A DNA stretch of 63,802 nt, the filler included, from Octopus bimaculoides (taxonomy: Eukaryota), in the NCBI RefSeq assembly GCF_001194135.2. It is 4 parts of 4 records of this genome, joined end to end, with 100 filler letters (N's around TTAATTAATTAA, not from the genome) between each part and the next. Parts side by side here need not be neighbours in the genome. Positions count along the whole stretch, not along the records: positions 1 to 27,414 come from NC_068982.1; positions 27,515 to 46,047 come from NC_068995.1; 2 more parts are not named here. One strand, given 5' to 3'. Below the pieces are notes generated by a model. It saw nothing but the letters and a program-made list of their open reading frames with translations, ran no database searches and had not been told where the DNA came from. Shown in pieces: positions 14,158-28,079 of the stretch. The position numbers were made by a program, and so were the translations under genes. Position 1 is the first letter of the stretch, and each line of letters opens with the position of its first letter.

Positions 14158-14700
14158 TGCATACACAAACGCACAAGATGCACCAACTAATAGATACCAC
14201 TTTCAATATACGTAAGAGAAGTGACAAGGAGAAAACAGAACTATAGTTAAGTTTCACTAATTTGAACACACAGGCTTTCTTTCAAATCGGTCAAACTGTG
14301 ATAAATAATAAAAATTTCATGTTGTATTAATCTTTGGTTCTATATGTATGATAATACAATATCTTACTCTTTGCCTTTATTTATTGACATCATCTTACGT
14401 ATTTGGTATAACTCATCATATACGTTGCTCAAAGGTTTTGCAAACATTAATGTCATTTACACATATTGCAAGGCTTCCAGCGAATACACTTTTACTTTTA
14501 TTATATTCTTACACAAAAGGCGGTTCACTATAAAACTAAGTGATCCCCCCTAAAGCTCTATAGTCTGTAATTTCTTCTAAATTAAGTGCAGCCTTTTGGC
14601 ATAATCAGTAAAATAATTGCGATATTTAGTCTCACATTATATAATCAAATTCTACCGGTGTAATCTATTAATGAATCTCTCCCGAGTGAAAAAAACACGT

Positions 14701-14801
<101 letters not shown>

Positions 14802-15387
14802 TGGAGAGAGAGAGAGACAGAGATGGAGAGAGAGAGAGAGATGGAGAGAGAGAGAGAGNNNNNNNNNNNNNNNNNNNNNNNNNNNNNNNNNNNNNNNNNN
14901 NNNNNNNNNNNNNNNNNNNNNNNNNNNNNNNNNNNNNNNNNNNNNNNNNNNNNNNNNNNNNNNNNNNNNNNNNNNNNNNNNNNNNNNNNNNNNNNNNNNN
15001 NNNNNNNNNNNNNNNNNNNNNNNNNNNNNNNNNNNNNNNNNNNNNNNNNNNNNNNNNNNNNNNNNNNNNNNNNNNNNNNNNNNNNNNNNNNNNNNNNNNN
15101 NNNNNNNNNNNNNNNNNNNNNNNNNNNNNNNNNNNNNNNNNNNNNNNNNNNNNNNNNNNNNNNNNNNNNNNNNNNNNNNNNNNNNNNNNNNNNNNNNNNN
15201 NNNNNNNNNNNNNNNNNNNNNNNNNNNNNNNNNNNNNNNNNNNNNNNNNNNATATATATATATATATTTATATACATCTATATAAATTCCATCCATGCAT
15301 TATTATTTTTACCGCTATATATATATGTGTGTGTGTGTATTTGTGTGTGCGCGCGCATGTGTGTATTACCTGCTTTTTATACCTTCG

Positions 15388-15998
15388 ATCGTATTGTTTA
15401 CATAGAAGTATTCGTATACGAAACATCGTAACATTCACTGCTTGCTCTGATTTCTATAGAAAACCTGTAGAGATAGACTTAAAAATTAGAATATCGCACT
15501 GCCAACACAACAGTAAGGCAAATTTTAACTGGTAAACGTATAATATACTTGGTATATTTTATAGTTGCAAAACGAAATACTGTGTCCTTGCTAACAATTA
15601 ATATCTACGTATCAGTTGCTAGGAATTTGTGTAAATACATATATCGCTCTATCTAATCGTATTACACTGCTAAAATTATTGGGTATTTATACAATGTTGC
15701 TGAAGGGTTGGACATGCTGCTGATGTAAAAGCAACTACTTTTGAAAAATGCATATACGCCCATCACCTATCTTTTTTAATCTTCGATCCCATTGTTTACA
15801 TAGACGTATTCGTATACGAAACGTCCTAACTTTCAGTGCTGGCTCTGAATTTTATAGAAAATCTGTAGAGATAAACCTTAAAAGGAGAACATCGCACTGC
15901 TAACACAAAAATAAGACACAAAATTGACTTATAAACATTTAATATACTTGATAGTATCTTTTGGTTGCAAAACGAAATACTGTGTCCTTACTAGCAAT
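15388..15998 (+). repeat. Unclassified repeat with ~400-bp period (about 1.5 units) and near-palindrome GACGTATTCGTATACGAAACGTC
   Basis: 15388-15600 repeats at 15790-15998. Confidence 0.8.
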
Positions 15999-16134
15999 TA
16001 ACACGCACACACACACACGCACACACGCACACACACACACACGCACACACACACGCANNNNNNNNNNGCACACACGCACACACACACACACACGCACACA
16101 CACACGCACACACACACAAACACACACACACACA

Positions 16135-16894
16135 TACGAGGGGCTACCCAAGAGAAACTAGAATCTTGCAATATTATTTTATTCACTTAATATTCTTCAT
16201 TTGAAGTACTCATTTGAAGCAATGCATCGATCCAGACGCGTTTTCTACCGTTCGAAACAGTGCTAGAACTCTTGCAAAGTAATACATTTTAACGCCTCCG
16301 TCTTTTTTTTCTTTTCCTCTTCTACATCTGTAAATTCTGTAGCACCACCTTTCGTCACTACTGATGACCTTCAAAAAAGGTCCGGATCACCTTCCAACTG
16401 CTCTTCCTGTTCACGACACGCATTCAGTCTTGACCACTTTTGATCTTCCGTGAGCAAGTGAAGCACACATTTTACTGCATCTCTTTTCATTCACAATTAC
16501 TCCCTCAAAATTCGTTGGGAGGAGCTCCAGGACACATCAGTCATATCAACACGTTTGTCAATTGTTCGGTGGTGGTCCTCCAAGATCAGTTCATTAATTT
16601 TCATGATGTTTTCTTTCGTTCAGGAAGTCGAGAGACGCTCTGAACCAGGTTGGTCTTCAAACAACAAATGACCATTCCTAAAGCGTGAAAACCACTCTTA
16701 AACTTGTAAGCTGTTTGAAGTATGACAACTGTTTCGGCCGCTGTTTTCACCAGTAGAAAATACAATTTCACGGAAGCACACTGTTCCTTCGTTTCAGCCA
16801 TCACAGAAATCGACGAACAGGGGAGAAGCACTGCAAAACAAAGACGCACCACATGAAAGTAGGACTACACTTGACGACGCCGGTCGGTATGCTC

Positions 16895-16897
<3 letters not shown>
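16135..16897 (-). mobile_element. Mariner-type transposon remnant, internally deleted
   Basis: EQCASVKLYFLLVKTAAETVVILQTAYK N-terminal motif; TACGAG and CTCGTA termini (only 6 bp of TIR match). Confidence 0.8.
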
Positions 16898-16961
<64 letters not shown>

Positions 16962-16999
16962 GTGACTGATACACATGTTTTATATGTGACCAGTGAACA

Positions 17000-17480
17000 A
17001 ATAAATTTAAATAAAGCTAGTAAAGTATTTGGACACTATATCCTAAGGAGACCAAGTTATTTATGCCAATATGTTGACGCTTTAAGTTCCTCAATAGGAA
17101 GAAAGCGATCAGGAGTCTTATCTCACAGAGTGTCTAATGAACATAAAGCGGTTATGAGTTTGATTAAAATTCTGTCTTAGCGTTTTGTTTAAAACGTTGT
17201 TGAATGTAACCTGAAGGTTTCTTGGCGTGATCACATCACAAATGATAAAGTGTTGAGAAGAGCTGACCTAAGTGAACTGCAAGACACCATCACAGCTAGA
17301 CGAAGGAAGCTTCTTGGCCATGTATTGCGCTCACCGCTGGAGAGACCGGCAAGGACACCCTATACACGGTTGAAGGAGAAAAGAAAAAGAGGGGCCGGTG
17401 AAGACAAATGTAAAGCACTGCACTGGGAGAATGACCGGGATGGGTGTCACTCAGGAAGCTAGTACAGTTTCATACCGCTT
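17000..17480 (+). mobile_element. RTE-type LINE 3' fragment, decayed
   Basis: ISWRDHITNDKVLRRADL...RRRKLLGHVLR resembles the RTE ORF C-terminus. Confidence 0.7.
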
Positions 17481-17744
17481 GGAAAATTCATTGCCCATGT
17501 TCTTTCAAATAACAACAATAACAAAATAAATTTTGGATGTTCTGATTACAACTAGTCAAATATTTAAATTTTAACCACTAACTAAAATAGATGTTAGTTC
17601 TTTTCAAAGCGAGCATGTAGTTAAATTTCACACACATACGCTTGCACACACACACATATACTCTCTCTTTTTTTCGCAGGCGCACGCGCGCACTGCAACA
17701 CCGACAGTATATGTGTACACATACGCACATATATTATGTGTGTA

Positions 17745-17792
<48 letters not shown>

Positions 17793-17828
17793 TGACTAAC
17801 AATCTCTAAGTATTTGTGTACAATATAT

Positions 17829-18800
17829 ATTAGGCGTACTGAAATGTAATGCATTTTCATACAAATGATCTGAAATCATACCACAAATAGTTTACAAGTC
17901 AATAAAAGTTGTCCTTGAAAGCAACCAGTTAGCATAGAGCTAATGGCCAAACTGTAACGTGGACACGCTCTGTGTCTGTATATGCTCTGTTTGAGACCTC
18001 TTCGGAGACGAGGTCTTTAGTAAGCAGCATATTCAGTGTTGCATGCTTTACAAATTTCATAAGATCTACAATGCAGAACATGAAAGAGAAAACATATGTA
18101 CCGTATATGGTGTTGTTTTGAGTTGTCGGATTTGTTAAAGGTGGTTTAGCAAATTCAAAACACGTAAATTTGATTTGTACTTGTGTATCGATGAGGAAGA
18201 CCAACAGTTGTCAATAGTGACATAGTGAAAGAAATTGAAGAAAATCTGTCAAAGTATCTGTGACATATCACGGAGGCTTAATAGAAATTGCTCACCCTTT
18301 CAAAATCGAAGTGTAACTAGTGATGAGAACTGATTAGTCTATACCAACACTAAACGTAAAATCAAAGTCCAGTTCACACACTCAAACTATCACTACACCG
18401 AAAAGAGATTTTGCTGTGCGTTTGGTGAAATACAATATTTTATTTTCCCTTTCTTTTTCTTTTTTACTTGTTTCAGTCATTAGACTGCTGGGGCACCACC
18501 CTGAAGAAATTGTAGTCGAATGCATCGATCCCAGTATTCATCTTGGGCAAGAGAAAAGTATCACCGTAGAACTTTAACAACTTGAAAGTGTTACTCAAGT
18601 ATTCGTCAACAACCAGCTCAGATCCACAGAGAGCGAATCAAGATAAATTCATTAGACTGGGGATCTCTTCTTCATCCTCCCTACTCACCAGACCTAGCAC
18701 CATCAGATTTACATTGTATATATATATAGTCCTATTAATTCGTTATGACGCTCTCAACAAAGGACACAACAATATTCTTGATGCTGTTAAACACGTTTTA
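17829..18800 (+). mobile_element. Mariner remnant with a SINE-A tail (18461-18541) in the middle
   Basis: TATTAGGCG start; VYG...RWFSKFK HTH remnant; LHPPYSPDLAPSD motif at about 18675-18710. Confidence 0.8.
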
Positions 18801-18835
18801 TTGTTTTAACATAAAAATGTGTTTGAATATTGCAA

Positions 18836-19911
18836 TTAATCAACGTACCCGTCCTCGGCGGTGAGCACGTGCTTCAAGTGAGACTTGAAGGCTGCGCACA
18901 CGTTGCGGACGACTTCCTTCCTCATGCTGGCCCACACGCAGTTGACGGAGGACTTTAGCTCGTCGACGTTGATGTCGCGGACCTCACAGGTCTTGCCGTC
19001 GACATGAACCGCACACTATGGTTGAGGGGGTTGAGGTCGGACGACTGCGGTGACCAAAAGTCGTTTGACCAGAAATTCATGTTCGACCCAACCACTCTTG
19101 CATGGCCATGACCGTGTGGGCTAAGGTTCTGTCCTGCTGAAAAATGTAGTCTGCCGCGGTGAGCTTGTAACCGCGAACCACACCGGCGGCATCTTCTCGT
19201 CATTCGAAGCCACGACTCCGAGCATCATCACAGAGGATAGGTGCTTGGTGGTGAACATGTAACGGACCTAAGAGGCGTCCTGGGCGAAGCTGACCCTGTG
19301 GTCTTTCTGCTTGTTGACGACTGGATCGACCATGAAATATCTTTCATCAGAAAAAATGAGAATTCGATTGCCATGACACTTCAAGTGGTTGAGAAGGTGG
19401 CGATAGCGCTCCCGACGTTGTTATCGCATATGGTCAGTGAGCAGAGGCCTTTCTACGCAATTCATGCTCCTGCAGCTCTCCTCCTTCACAGTCCTGGACA
19501 CCGTGGCTCCTGGAATATTGTTGTTCTTCTTGAGTGCAGTCATTTTGTGCTTCGGATCACTTTCGAAGGCCTTCCTCACAGCCATATGGTTGATAGCTTG
19601 AGGTCTGCTTGATCGAGATCGATCGTAAATATTTTTCCTGTTATTGAACCTCTCCGCAATTCTGTGGTCAGTCATCCGGATGACGTTGAACCGCTTGGCG
19701 ATGTCAGACTTCTTGAGGCCTGCGCGCAGGAGAGTAGAGATTTCGATTCCTTTCGCTTCCATCTCGATTCACCTACACGCAATGGAAAAGACGTTTTAAT
19801 GAAACGTACTAGAAAAGCAGAACTTTAAGCATGTTTGACGGTATTTGACTATCACACACGTTAACATCTCGAAAGATCAAAACCGAGTTTAGCAGGACTT
19901 TTGCAAAGTCC

Positions 19912-19913
<2 letters not shown>
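18836..19913 (-). mobile_element. Tc1/mariner element of probable maT (DD37D-like) type, frameshifted
   Basis: HTH (ORF 19421-19762), IFSDE, SVMMLGVV, FWSPQSSDLNPLNHSV motifs; TA-rich right end; left TIR not found. Confidence 0.8.
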
Positions 19914-19946
<33 letters not shown>

Positions 19947-20817
19947 CTCTGTTGTTACTTTTTGTATATTCTCCCATATATATATATATATATATATATA
20001 ACGTAGGCAGCTATGCACAATATAAAACCAAAAAGGAAAATTTCAATCGTCACTAACTGTGACTAAGGATGCTGGTTAGCACTTATATACTGCTAGTAAC
20101 ATGAGTTAAAACTCATAAAACTGCAAGAAAACTTCGTCTGTAAAATTGCAGACTCGTCAACAGTGAATACTACATCACCGAATCGTTTAGCCAAATCCAC
20201 ACTGTCAGTATGTATATTCACCATATAAATTTATGTGAATACACACATCACACATACACACACATCACACACTACACACATACATACACACGCACACACA
20301 CACACACAAACACACACACATAACATGATAATCTATTTTATGTAAGTAAATATAGTTAGACTTACTGTCAAGATTTTCCGGGGTTAAAGCTCAAATATAA
20401 ATCATGCTTATCTGAAACTTACTATTGCGATTTTTAATTCTTCTCAGAAACTCTTCAAACAAGTATACTGAATAATATTTAGTGCAAAAAAAGTATATAA
20501 AAAACAGAACAAAAAACCCCCCAAATATTGTGTTTGCAAACACAAAATGCATAAGAATTCTGTATTGCGATATGTGTATTAACATTAATCAACTTGTCAC
20601 ATGCGATTAAGTGGGATGTAGAGCAGACGCATTATTAAATGTAGTAATGTTTATACAAAGTAATGTTCACGAAAAAAGAAAAGTCTAGCGAGAAAGTTTT
20701 CGTTTGTTTTAAATTATCTGTAAAAAACAATTAATTATGCTTCTTTTTGTGGAGCAGATTAACGAATACGCTGTAAAAGCAGAAGATATAACACTATATA
20801 ATTTGTTTATTCTATAG

Positions 20818-20889
20818 AATGATACAACATTCGATCAGTTAGAAAAACAGCTGAAGTTGAACAATATGAATGTACCGTTGTTTGAAGTG
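20818..20889 (+). CDS. Villin/advillin-like exon, G6-headpiece linker (NDTTFDQLEKQLKLNNMNVPLFEV)
   Basis: TAG acceptor, GTAAGT donor; 72 nt phase 0-0; resembles the villin linker helix (SYEDLKAEL). Confidence 0.75.
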
Positions 20890-21849
20890 GTAAGTTATTA
20901 ATTTTTATTATGTTTAAAAGCGTTATATATTGTTTCCCGTTTCATCCTCATTCAGAAAAGCAGTTCACTCTTCTTGTGTTAAAACAAGGTTTTCGGAAAA
21001 TAAATAACAATTGTTAACGACTATGAATTACAGAAATTTTATATTCAGACGAACAGAAATCAATGCTTTGAGATTTTCTAAGGCAGCGAAATTAGTATAA
21101 AACGTCATAGAAATTTTAACCCCATCTCTCAGTTTTCAGTTCAAATTTCGACTGACGGTTTCTTTTATCACTTGCCTAGCTTAAAGAAGATTTATCTGAT
21201 TAAAAAAAACAAACAAAAAAACTAACTTATTGGTATTTACTCAGTTAACATTATTTGACTAATTAATGACATTTATGGCGTTTGAAAATTAATAAACATT
21301 TAATAACAACACCCAAAATGTCTCAATGTCGTAGTGTATAAAATCTTTCATTTCTCAAAGTTATGAATCAAAGATGGAAAATATTGAGAAACATAACTTT
21401 ATAATTTGAATGGATACACGTTTGACCGAGTTTTAATCTCTAAATCATATTTCAGTAATAAGTTATATCTCAAGAGTACATGACACGTGAGTTGTCATTA
21501 AACCAAAATGAGCTTTATTTCACTTGAAGTGATATTTATTAATATTTTTTTGTGTCGCTATAGCTATTAAAAAATGAACACTTTTATTCCTCTTCCCTGT
21601 GAATCATATACCATTTCCAAGTTAAAACGAATTATTTTCTAGTTTACAATGGAGAACTGAAGCTTTAAAAATCGAAAGCCATAAACATCCTTTACCAACT
21701 TTTCTCTATATGCTCTAACGGTACATGTGAAAAATAAGTACATCAATAGACACTAGGAATTTAACTCAATTTTATCAAACACTTTTGGCTCTGGCTACTA
21801 CAAAGATAATTGCTGAACATTCATATAATCACCTGCTTTTCTTGTGCAG

Positions 21850-21966
21850 CCTTCAGCTAAACACAGTGGTCAAACATTCAAGCAAGTACCAAAATATGCT
21901 TATTCCATGTTGGCTGGAAGATCTCCTGATATGCTACCCTCCGAAGTTGATCCTGCTAACAAAGAG
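21850..21966 (+). CDS. Villin/advillin-like exon, headpiece N-terminal part (PSAKHSGQTFKQVPKYAYSMLAGRSPDMLPSEVDPANKE)
   Basis: TGCAG acceptor; 117 nt; LPxxVDPxxKE headpiece motif; non-canonical GCAAGT donor at 21967. Confidence 0.9.
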
Positions 21967-23220
21967 GCAAGTATTTCTTCTTAAAAGTTAATGTTTTATT
22001 TTTTTTTTTGTATTTGTAAAAATTTACAGTTCTAACGTTGGTTTAACTGCATAACATTTCATGAATTAGTTATTGACTTAAACCTCGTTCCAAAGGGAGA
22101 GCTCAGTATATGAATCACACGACGGAAAGTTACTGGCGTAATGATGAGTGTGCTTACTAGTACACATTAACGACGAAGTAGAGTGGTACTCTTAACATTT
22201 CCATTTGAGAGAAATCCTGAACTAAAAGGTGTTTTCCAGATCCTATTCAAGGTTTTTATTTTATTAATAGTTGTGAAACATTTCTTAACGCATTTCAGTA
22301 TCAGATGAAAAGAAAACATATTCCTAATACAATAATTGAGTTGTCAACTCCTACAGGGTACTTAACAAAAGGCGAAACAACATCATTATAAAGGTGCTAG
22401 TAATACATAACAACTAATTGACCTTTTGGAGAGTGAACAGTTGCCTTCTTGACTCATCCAGTTATGACTCTCACGTCTGCCTGAGTCATTTTAGTAATTT
22501 AGGTTTCTTCAGATTTCGAAATGATGTCATTGTGTCGTACAGTAAGCCATCTACAGTTTATTGTTCTTTTTGTCGTATAATCCAAGATCAGACCGCTCTA
22601 GGCCAAAGTATCGATCGAATGACTTGGAGAATTCTGCAGATATCTTATATCAAATATTTTATATCTGAGACAGAGAACCCCACGGCACATTTCATATTGC
22701 AGCAGTTGTTTTTATGGAGTGATTTATACTGGTTTGGATATTTTCACACTCTCTGCAGTCTAGCTTAACTTAAAATGGTAGAAGCAACAATAGACGCAAT
22801 AGGGGACACAGGCAACTCAGTGAAAAGTCATGGGATGGATTGTAATAAGCTATATTTAGATAGCCTACTAGTATCGGGTACTGCGATACTTCAGTTAGGT
22901 CCAGTAGCATTATAGATTAAAAACTGAAAAAAAAAACTGAGTTGTTATAATCCCTTCTTATTTAACTTATATAACTTATTGTTATAATCCCGTCTTATTT
23001 AACTTAGCGGATCTACTGTTATCGGAAATGAAATAATGTGTATATGTGGGTGCATATTTGAGTAGTTACTTGAAAAAGGGTGTAATTAACGGAGAAAATA
23101 TTCATTGCCACAGGATAAATGACAAATTTAGAAAGGGGTATGGGAGCTGTCTGGTCTGTCAGAAATTTGAATATAAAATGCTATAATTCGTAAGGACACT
23201 TAATTTTCTTTTTCTTTCAG

Positions 23221-23334
23221 CGATATCTAACTGAACTGGAGTTTATGAGTGTCTTTCGAATGACATATGCCGATTTTTTCAATTTACCTCAATGGAGAAA
23301 AACAGACTTAAAAAAGAACCTTGGCCTTTTTTGA
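23221..23334 (+). CDS. Villin/advillin-like terminal coding exon, headpiece C-terminus (RYLTELEFMSVFRMTYADFFNLPQWRKTDLKKNLGLF*)
   Basis: TTTCAG acceptor; YLxxxEFxxVFxMxxxxFxxLPxWxxxxLKKxxGLF headpiece signature; TGA at 23332-23334; AATAAA at about 23449 and 23480. Confidence 0.97.
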   Translation, partial: RYLTELEFMSVFRMTYADFFNLPQWRKTDLKKNLGLF

Positions 23335-25437
23335 TAAAGCAATTAAATTTCGAACAGCAAATTATAATAGTTTAAAATATCAATGAAGGTGGTCAAGGAT
23401 CAGTGAAACCTCGAAAGTTACTGGTATTGAAATAAGATACCAATGACAAATAAATACATTTACCAGTTTGAAATGATTCAAATAAAATTTTAATGAATGT
23501 GATAAAGCCTAACAGTTACAGTTAAAAAGAAAATGTCTGTTAGCTTACGGTTTAACAAAGCCATTGTTTGAGAATTCAAAATGCAAGTTCTCTTATTTTT
23601 CCCAGCTCCTAGAATTCAAAATGCAAGTTCTGTTATTTTTCCCAGCTCCTAGAATTCTCACATTATTGGTGCTGATTTATTAGAAAAACTCTTCATACTA
23701 TCAAGGCAAGTGAGAAAATCGAATCTTTTAGTCGGATTGATAACATTCAAGCTAAATTCATGGACATTATAATCTTTGAAGTATTAATAGATGAGTGTAT
23801 CAAACAAAAGATGATGATTAGAATACCTATGCATATTCAATTTTACGTACCCAAAAGTTAGCCAGTTTGCTTCAAAGGAAACTTCGCATTTCACTGACTA
23901 ATTCTTATCATCTTCAAAGTACTAAAATAAATATTCATAGAGACGTAATGTCGAGATAAATACCGTCATAAAAACAAGCGCACATATATTACATTTGTAT
24001 GCATATAGATATTGGGTTATTTTTTACATTTCAACAGTGATATCATAAAGATATGTAGGGGGCATAACTTAAATCCATTCATGCAGACATTTGGTTCTAT
24101 TATTAAATCAACCAAGAAAAAACAGATGCAGTTAGATATTACATCTCTGACGCTAAAACGAAAATGCAATAAGAGTTATCACACCTAATTGATCAGATAA
24201 TAGTCGTTCTAGAATGGTGAATAATGATTCCAATGACAAAATTATACATAGCATGTCTCAGGAAAAATCAACTTGTTATTTGTATTAAAATTTACGTTGT
24301 CAGGAGTTTATTGTTTGATGTTTAAAGGTAAATGTGTTGATGTAAAATCTGGTATGGCTGACTAAAAGTTTTATAGTACTGCTGGTTCTGTACGAGGAAC
24401 CTAGAAATTCCACAATTAACGAATCAACGTCTATAGAATTGAAGTTAGATGAGCAAACTCCTTAAAAGTTAAATAATGCAGTTCAGTAACAGTGATAGAA
24501 GAAAAACTACAAACACTTCATATGTTAGTTCGGGAGAATATATTTATCGACCAACTCTGGTATTTTCAATGGTTACATTGTTTGTTTCTCAGATTGTAGT
24601 CTTGAAAAGCTTCCAGACATTATTGTAGAGTTATGAAACTTTGCCTGAATACTTCAATAGTGATACCAAAGACAAATCAGTGAACTTAATACAAACTATT
24701 CTCTTCTGGGAAGAGAAAAATAACTGCAAAATATTTCTTTTTATATGAGTAACAAATTGCAATACTTGACGTTTGCGAAATATAAATATTCACAAAATTG
24801 TTGCAGTTATAGGAAATCAGAAAACGAAACCAGCAAAAAACTATATAATCTCATTCAAATTTCTAATAAAATGTAGTCATTCCTAAGAAGACAAAAAGAA
24901 ATCGCAAAAATATATTCTTGTCTTTTTGACGAAAACAATACTTGCTGAAAATTTCTGATTTCGATATAAGAACTCGTAGAATAATACATAACATAAATAG
25001 AAGCAGTCAAACACCAAAGTCTAGCTTTAGTCTCTTGTTTGTATATATTTTCAAAATATATTTTATTGTATATATTGTAAATATTTTAAAACTATACCGG
25101 GAGATATGTGAATACGTAGCATTTTTACAATTTTATTGAAAGAAGTATAAATAGATATTATAGGGTGAATTCAGTAGGATAATCTCCAGATAAAAACCGA
25201 GATGCAACTGTTTATGGATGACGTGCACAGTAAACTACGAATACAATTCTATATATATAACAGTTTTCTAATGGCTGTTCGGTTAAAAAGCTCTATTTTT
25301 AACCACGATTCCGAAATCGATCGCACTGTATGGTACCTAGGACAAGTGACTTACTTCATGGTCTGGACAGTGTAGCCAGTGACCTTTATCATAGTGTCGT
25401 ATGAAATGAATATTTGATAGACAAAAATTCGAAGTAT

Positions 25438-25472
<35 letters not shown>

Positions 25473-25482
25473 NNNNNNNNNN

Positions 25483-25526
<44 letters not shown>

Positions 25527-26007
25527 GTATGTCTAAATCAGAAACCATTATTACTCCTATTGCCAAAGGAGATAGACACTACACGTAACAAATTCTCAGT
25601 ACACCTGTCACTCTCTCTCTAACACACATACGCACGCGCGCACACCCGCAGACATACACATACACACACAGATGAAAATACATTTCAATTGAAAAATATT
25701 TTGAATTCATTATTTTAAAATTACAAGTTGTTTCAAAAGTAGCGGAGATTAAAGTTCAATGAATTTCTATTTACATTTATCTCATAAAAGTAGTGAAATG
25801 TCAGAAAAGCTGTAAATGAATTGAAAATATATTCCATTCTAAACTATTTGATCATGTTTTAAAATTACAATCAGTTGTTTAGCTTTTTTTGTTTTATAAA
25901 AAAAAATCACTTTGTGTTAAGTTCCAACTTTGTTTTGCCAACGTGTCTTTAGATTTGTGGTCTAGAAGAATGTGCTGTATCATCTATCTATCTATCTATC
26001 TATCTAA

Positions 26008-26049
<42 letters not shown>

Positions 26050-26110
26050 GTCTGTCTATCTGTCTGTCTGTCTGTCTGTCTACATATATAAGTACATAAA
26101 AGTGTGTGTG

Positions 26111-26148
<38 letters not shown>

Positions 26149-26551
26149 GAGAATAGAGCAACAAATACAAGAAGAAGCAATTCTGTTGGGCTAGTTAACC
26201 ATTGTTTTATTATGTGGAGGTTATGTAATTAGTCATTTACGCACGTTTCAATCTGGCAAATGGTTTGGCAGATCTCTTCAGAATGTTGAGGAGTATGTTA
26301 AGAGTTCATGGTGTGAGAGATGTAGAAGTGATTAGTGGATATATTAATGTATATGGTGGTGTTACTCCATTCTCCACATAAATATAATTATAAACTACGG
26401 TTTAAGCAGTAAATTACCTGCCTCTGGATGCCCTCTAACCAAGACGGTACTCGCACAGGTGATTCCCAGGAGTGCCTCCGGATTTAAACATCCCCTGGTT
26501 GCTTGGATGCTTCAGACTACCCCTGAAGGATTGAGGCAAACCTATCATTTA

Positions 26552-26611
<60 letters not shown>

Positions 26612-26664
26612 TGTATGCGTATATATTTACATATATAAAGAAATACGTACACATATATGTATAT

Positions 26665-27365
26665 AGCCACCCTTGCTAGGTATGCAGATGACACAAAAGT
26701 CTCTCAGACAATGCAAAATCCTGGAAATATTCCACATCTGCAACGGGATTTGGACTCAATAAAGAGGTGTGCTGAGGACAACATGCAATTTAATATAGGA
26801 AAATTCTAGATCCTACGCTACCAGCACACAAATCTAAACGACATGCAGACAGGATACATTGGATCAGGAGGAATTGCAATGCCTGAATCGAAATCAGTGC
26901 GTGACCTGAGCATTAACATGAGCAATGATGCATCTTTTCAAGTGCGTATAACCAATTTGGTAATAAAATGCGGACGGCAAGCTGGATGGATCCTGCGAAC
27001 TTTCATAGCAAGGGAAAAGGAGACAATGATGGTCCTTTGGAGGACATACATTCTCAACCGCTTGGACTACTGCTTTCAACTATGGTCCCCACACAGTATA
27101 AAATTCACAGTGGAACTCGAAGCAATCAAGTGAAGTTACACTAAGAAAATCGTCTCGATACAACGTATCAGCCACTGGGAAAGACTGAAAGAATTAAAAC
27201 TTTTCTCCTTCGAACAAAGGCATGAAAGATATGCAGTGATATACATCTGGAAAAGCCTAGAAGACCTTATACCAAACTTTGGCACTAAAAGAAGTTACTC
27301 AAACTGCAGAACGGTGCGCCACTGCATAGTGCCAAAGATCCCAGTATCGCCATCAAAATACATAC
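26665..27365 (+). mobile_element. CR1/L2-like LINE, RT C-terminal fragment
   Basis: YADDTKV, LQRDLD, RDLSI, RLDYCFQLWSP motifs; stops and frameshifts; (TATG)n tail. Confidence 0.8.
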
Positions 27366-27414
27366 GTATGCATGTATGTATGTATGTATGTATGTATGTA
27401 TGTATGTATGTATG

Positions 27415-27514
27415 NNNNNNNNNNNNNNNNNNNNNNNNNNNNNNNNNNNNNNNNNNNNTTAATTAATTAANNNNNNNNNNNNNNNNNNNNNNNNNNNNNN
27501 NNNNNNNNNNNNNN
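27415..27514. other. 100-bp scaffolding pad (N44-TTAATTAATTAA-N44); same motif at 46092-46103 and 62655-62666
   Basis: Identical 12-mer with stops in all six frames, embedded in Ns three times. Confidence 0.9.
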
Positions 27515-28023
27515 GCTAGCACACAAAGGCGAAGGCTTACGTGGTATGTAAGCTAGCACACAAAGGCGATTACTATTTAACAGCTGTTTTGCTTTTAAGT
27601 TTTAATTAGAACTTGATTTTTTTTAATTTTAATGCCATCAACGATGATACAGAAGGGAAGAAAGTTTATGAATGTTATTAAAACGATAAAAATAAAGATG
27701 GGGCACTGATTCAGCAAAATTAGGTTGGGTGTGACTACGTATTGTACCCAAGTAAAGTCGTATAATACGGTTTCAGTTTTGTGCAGAGACCTGATTGGTG
27801 TTTTGTTTTTTTCCAGCATTTTCCCGTCATTCTTTGCCCTTCACACCTGCATCCGCGAAATTTCTCCAATCGCTTCTTAAACACTGTTTAAACATTTGGC
27901 ATACTTTTTTTCCATTACCAATTTTTAATAAAATTTTCGGTTTTTTTTTTTTGTGGGGCGGGGAATTCTTCATCTTTAAAATGTGGCCCGAGCAGACCCG
28001 AATGAAATCGGATTATAATACTA

Positions 28024-28079
<56 letters not shown>

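Noticed and set aside
24593-24750. LRR-like SLEKLPDIIVEL fragment
   Set aside because: In-frame stops follow immediately; too short to support.
26405-26540. GC-richer block considered as a ribozyme
   Set aside because: No complete hammerhead or HDV core could be assembled.
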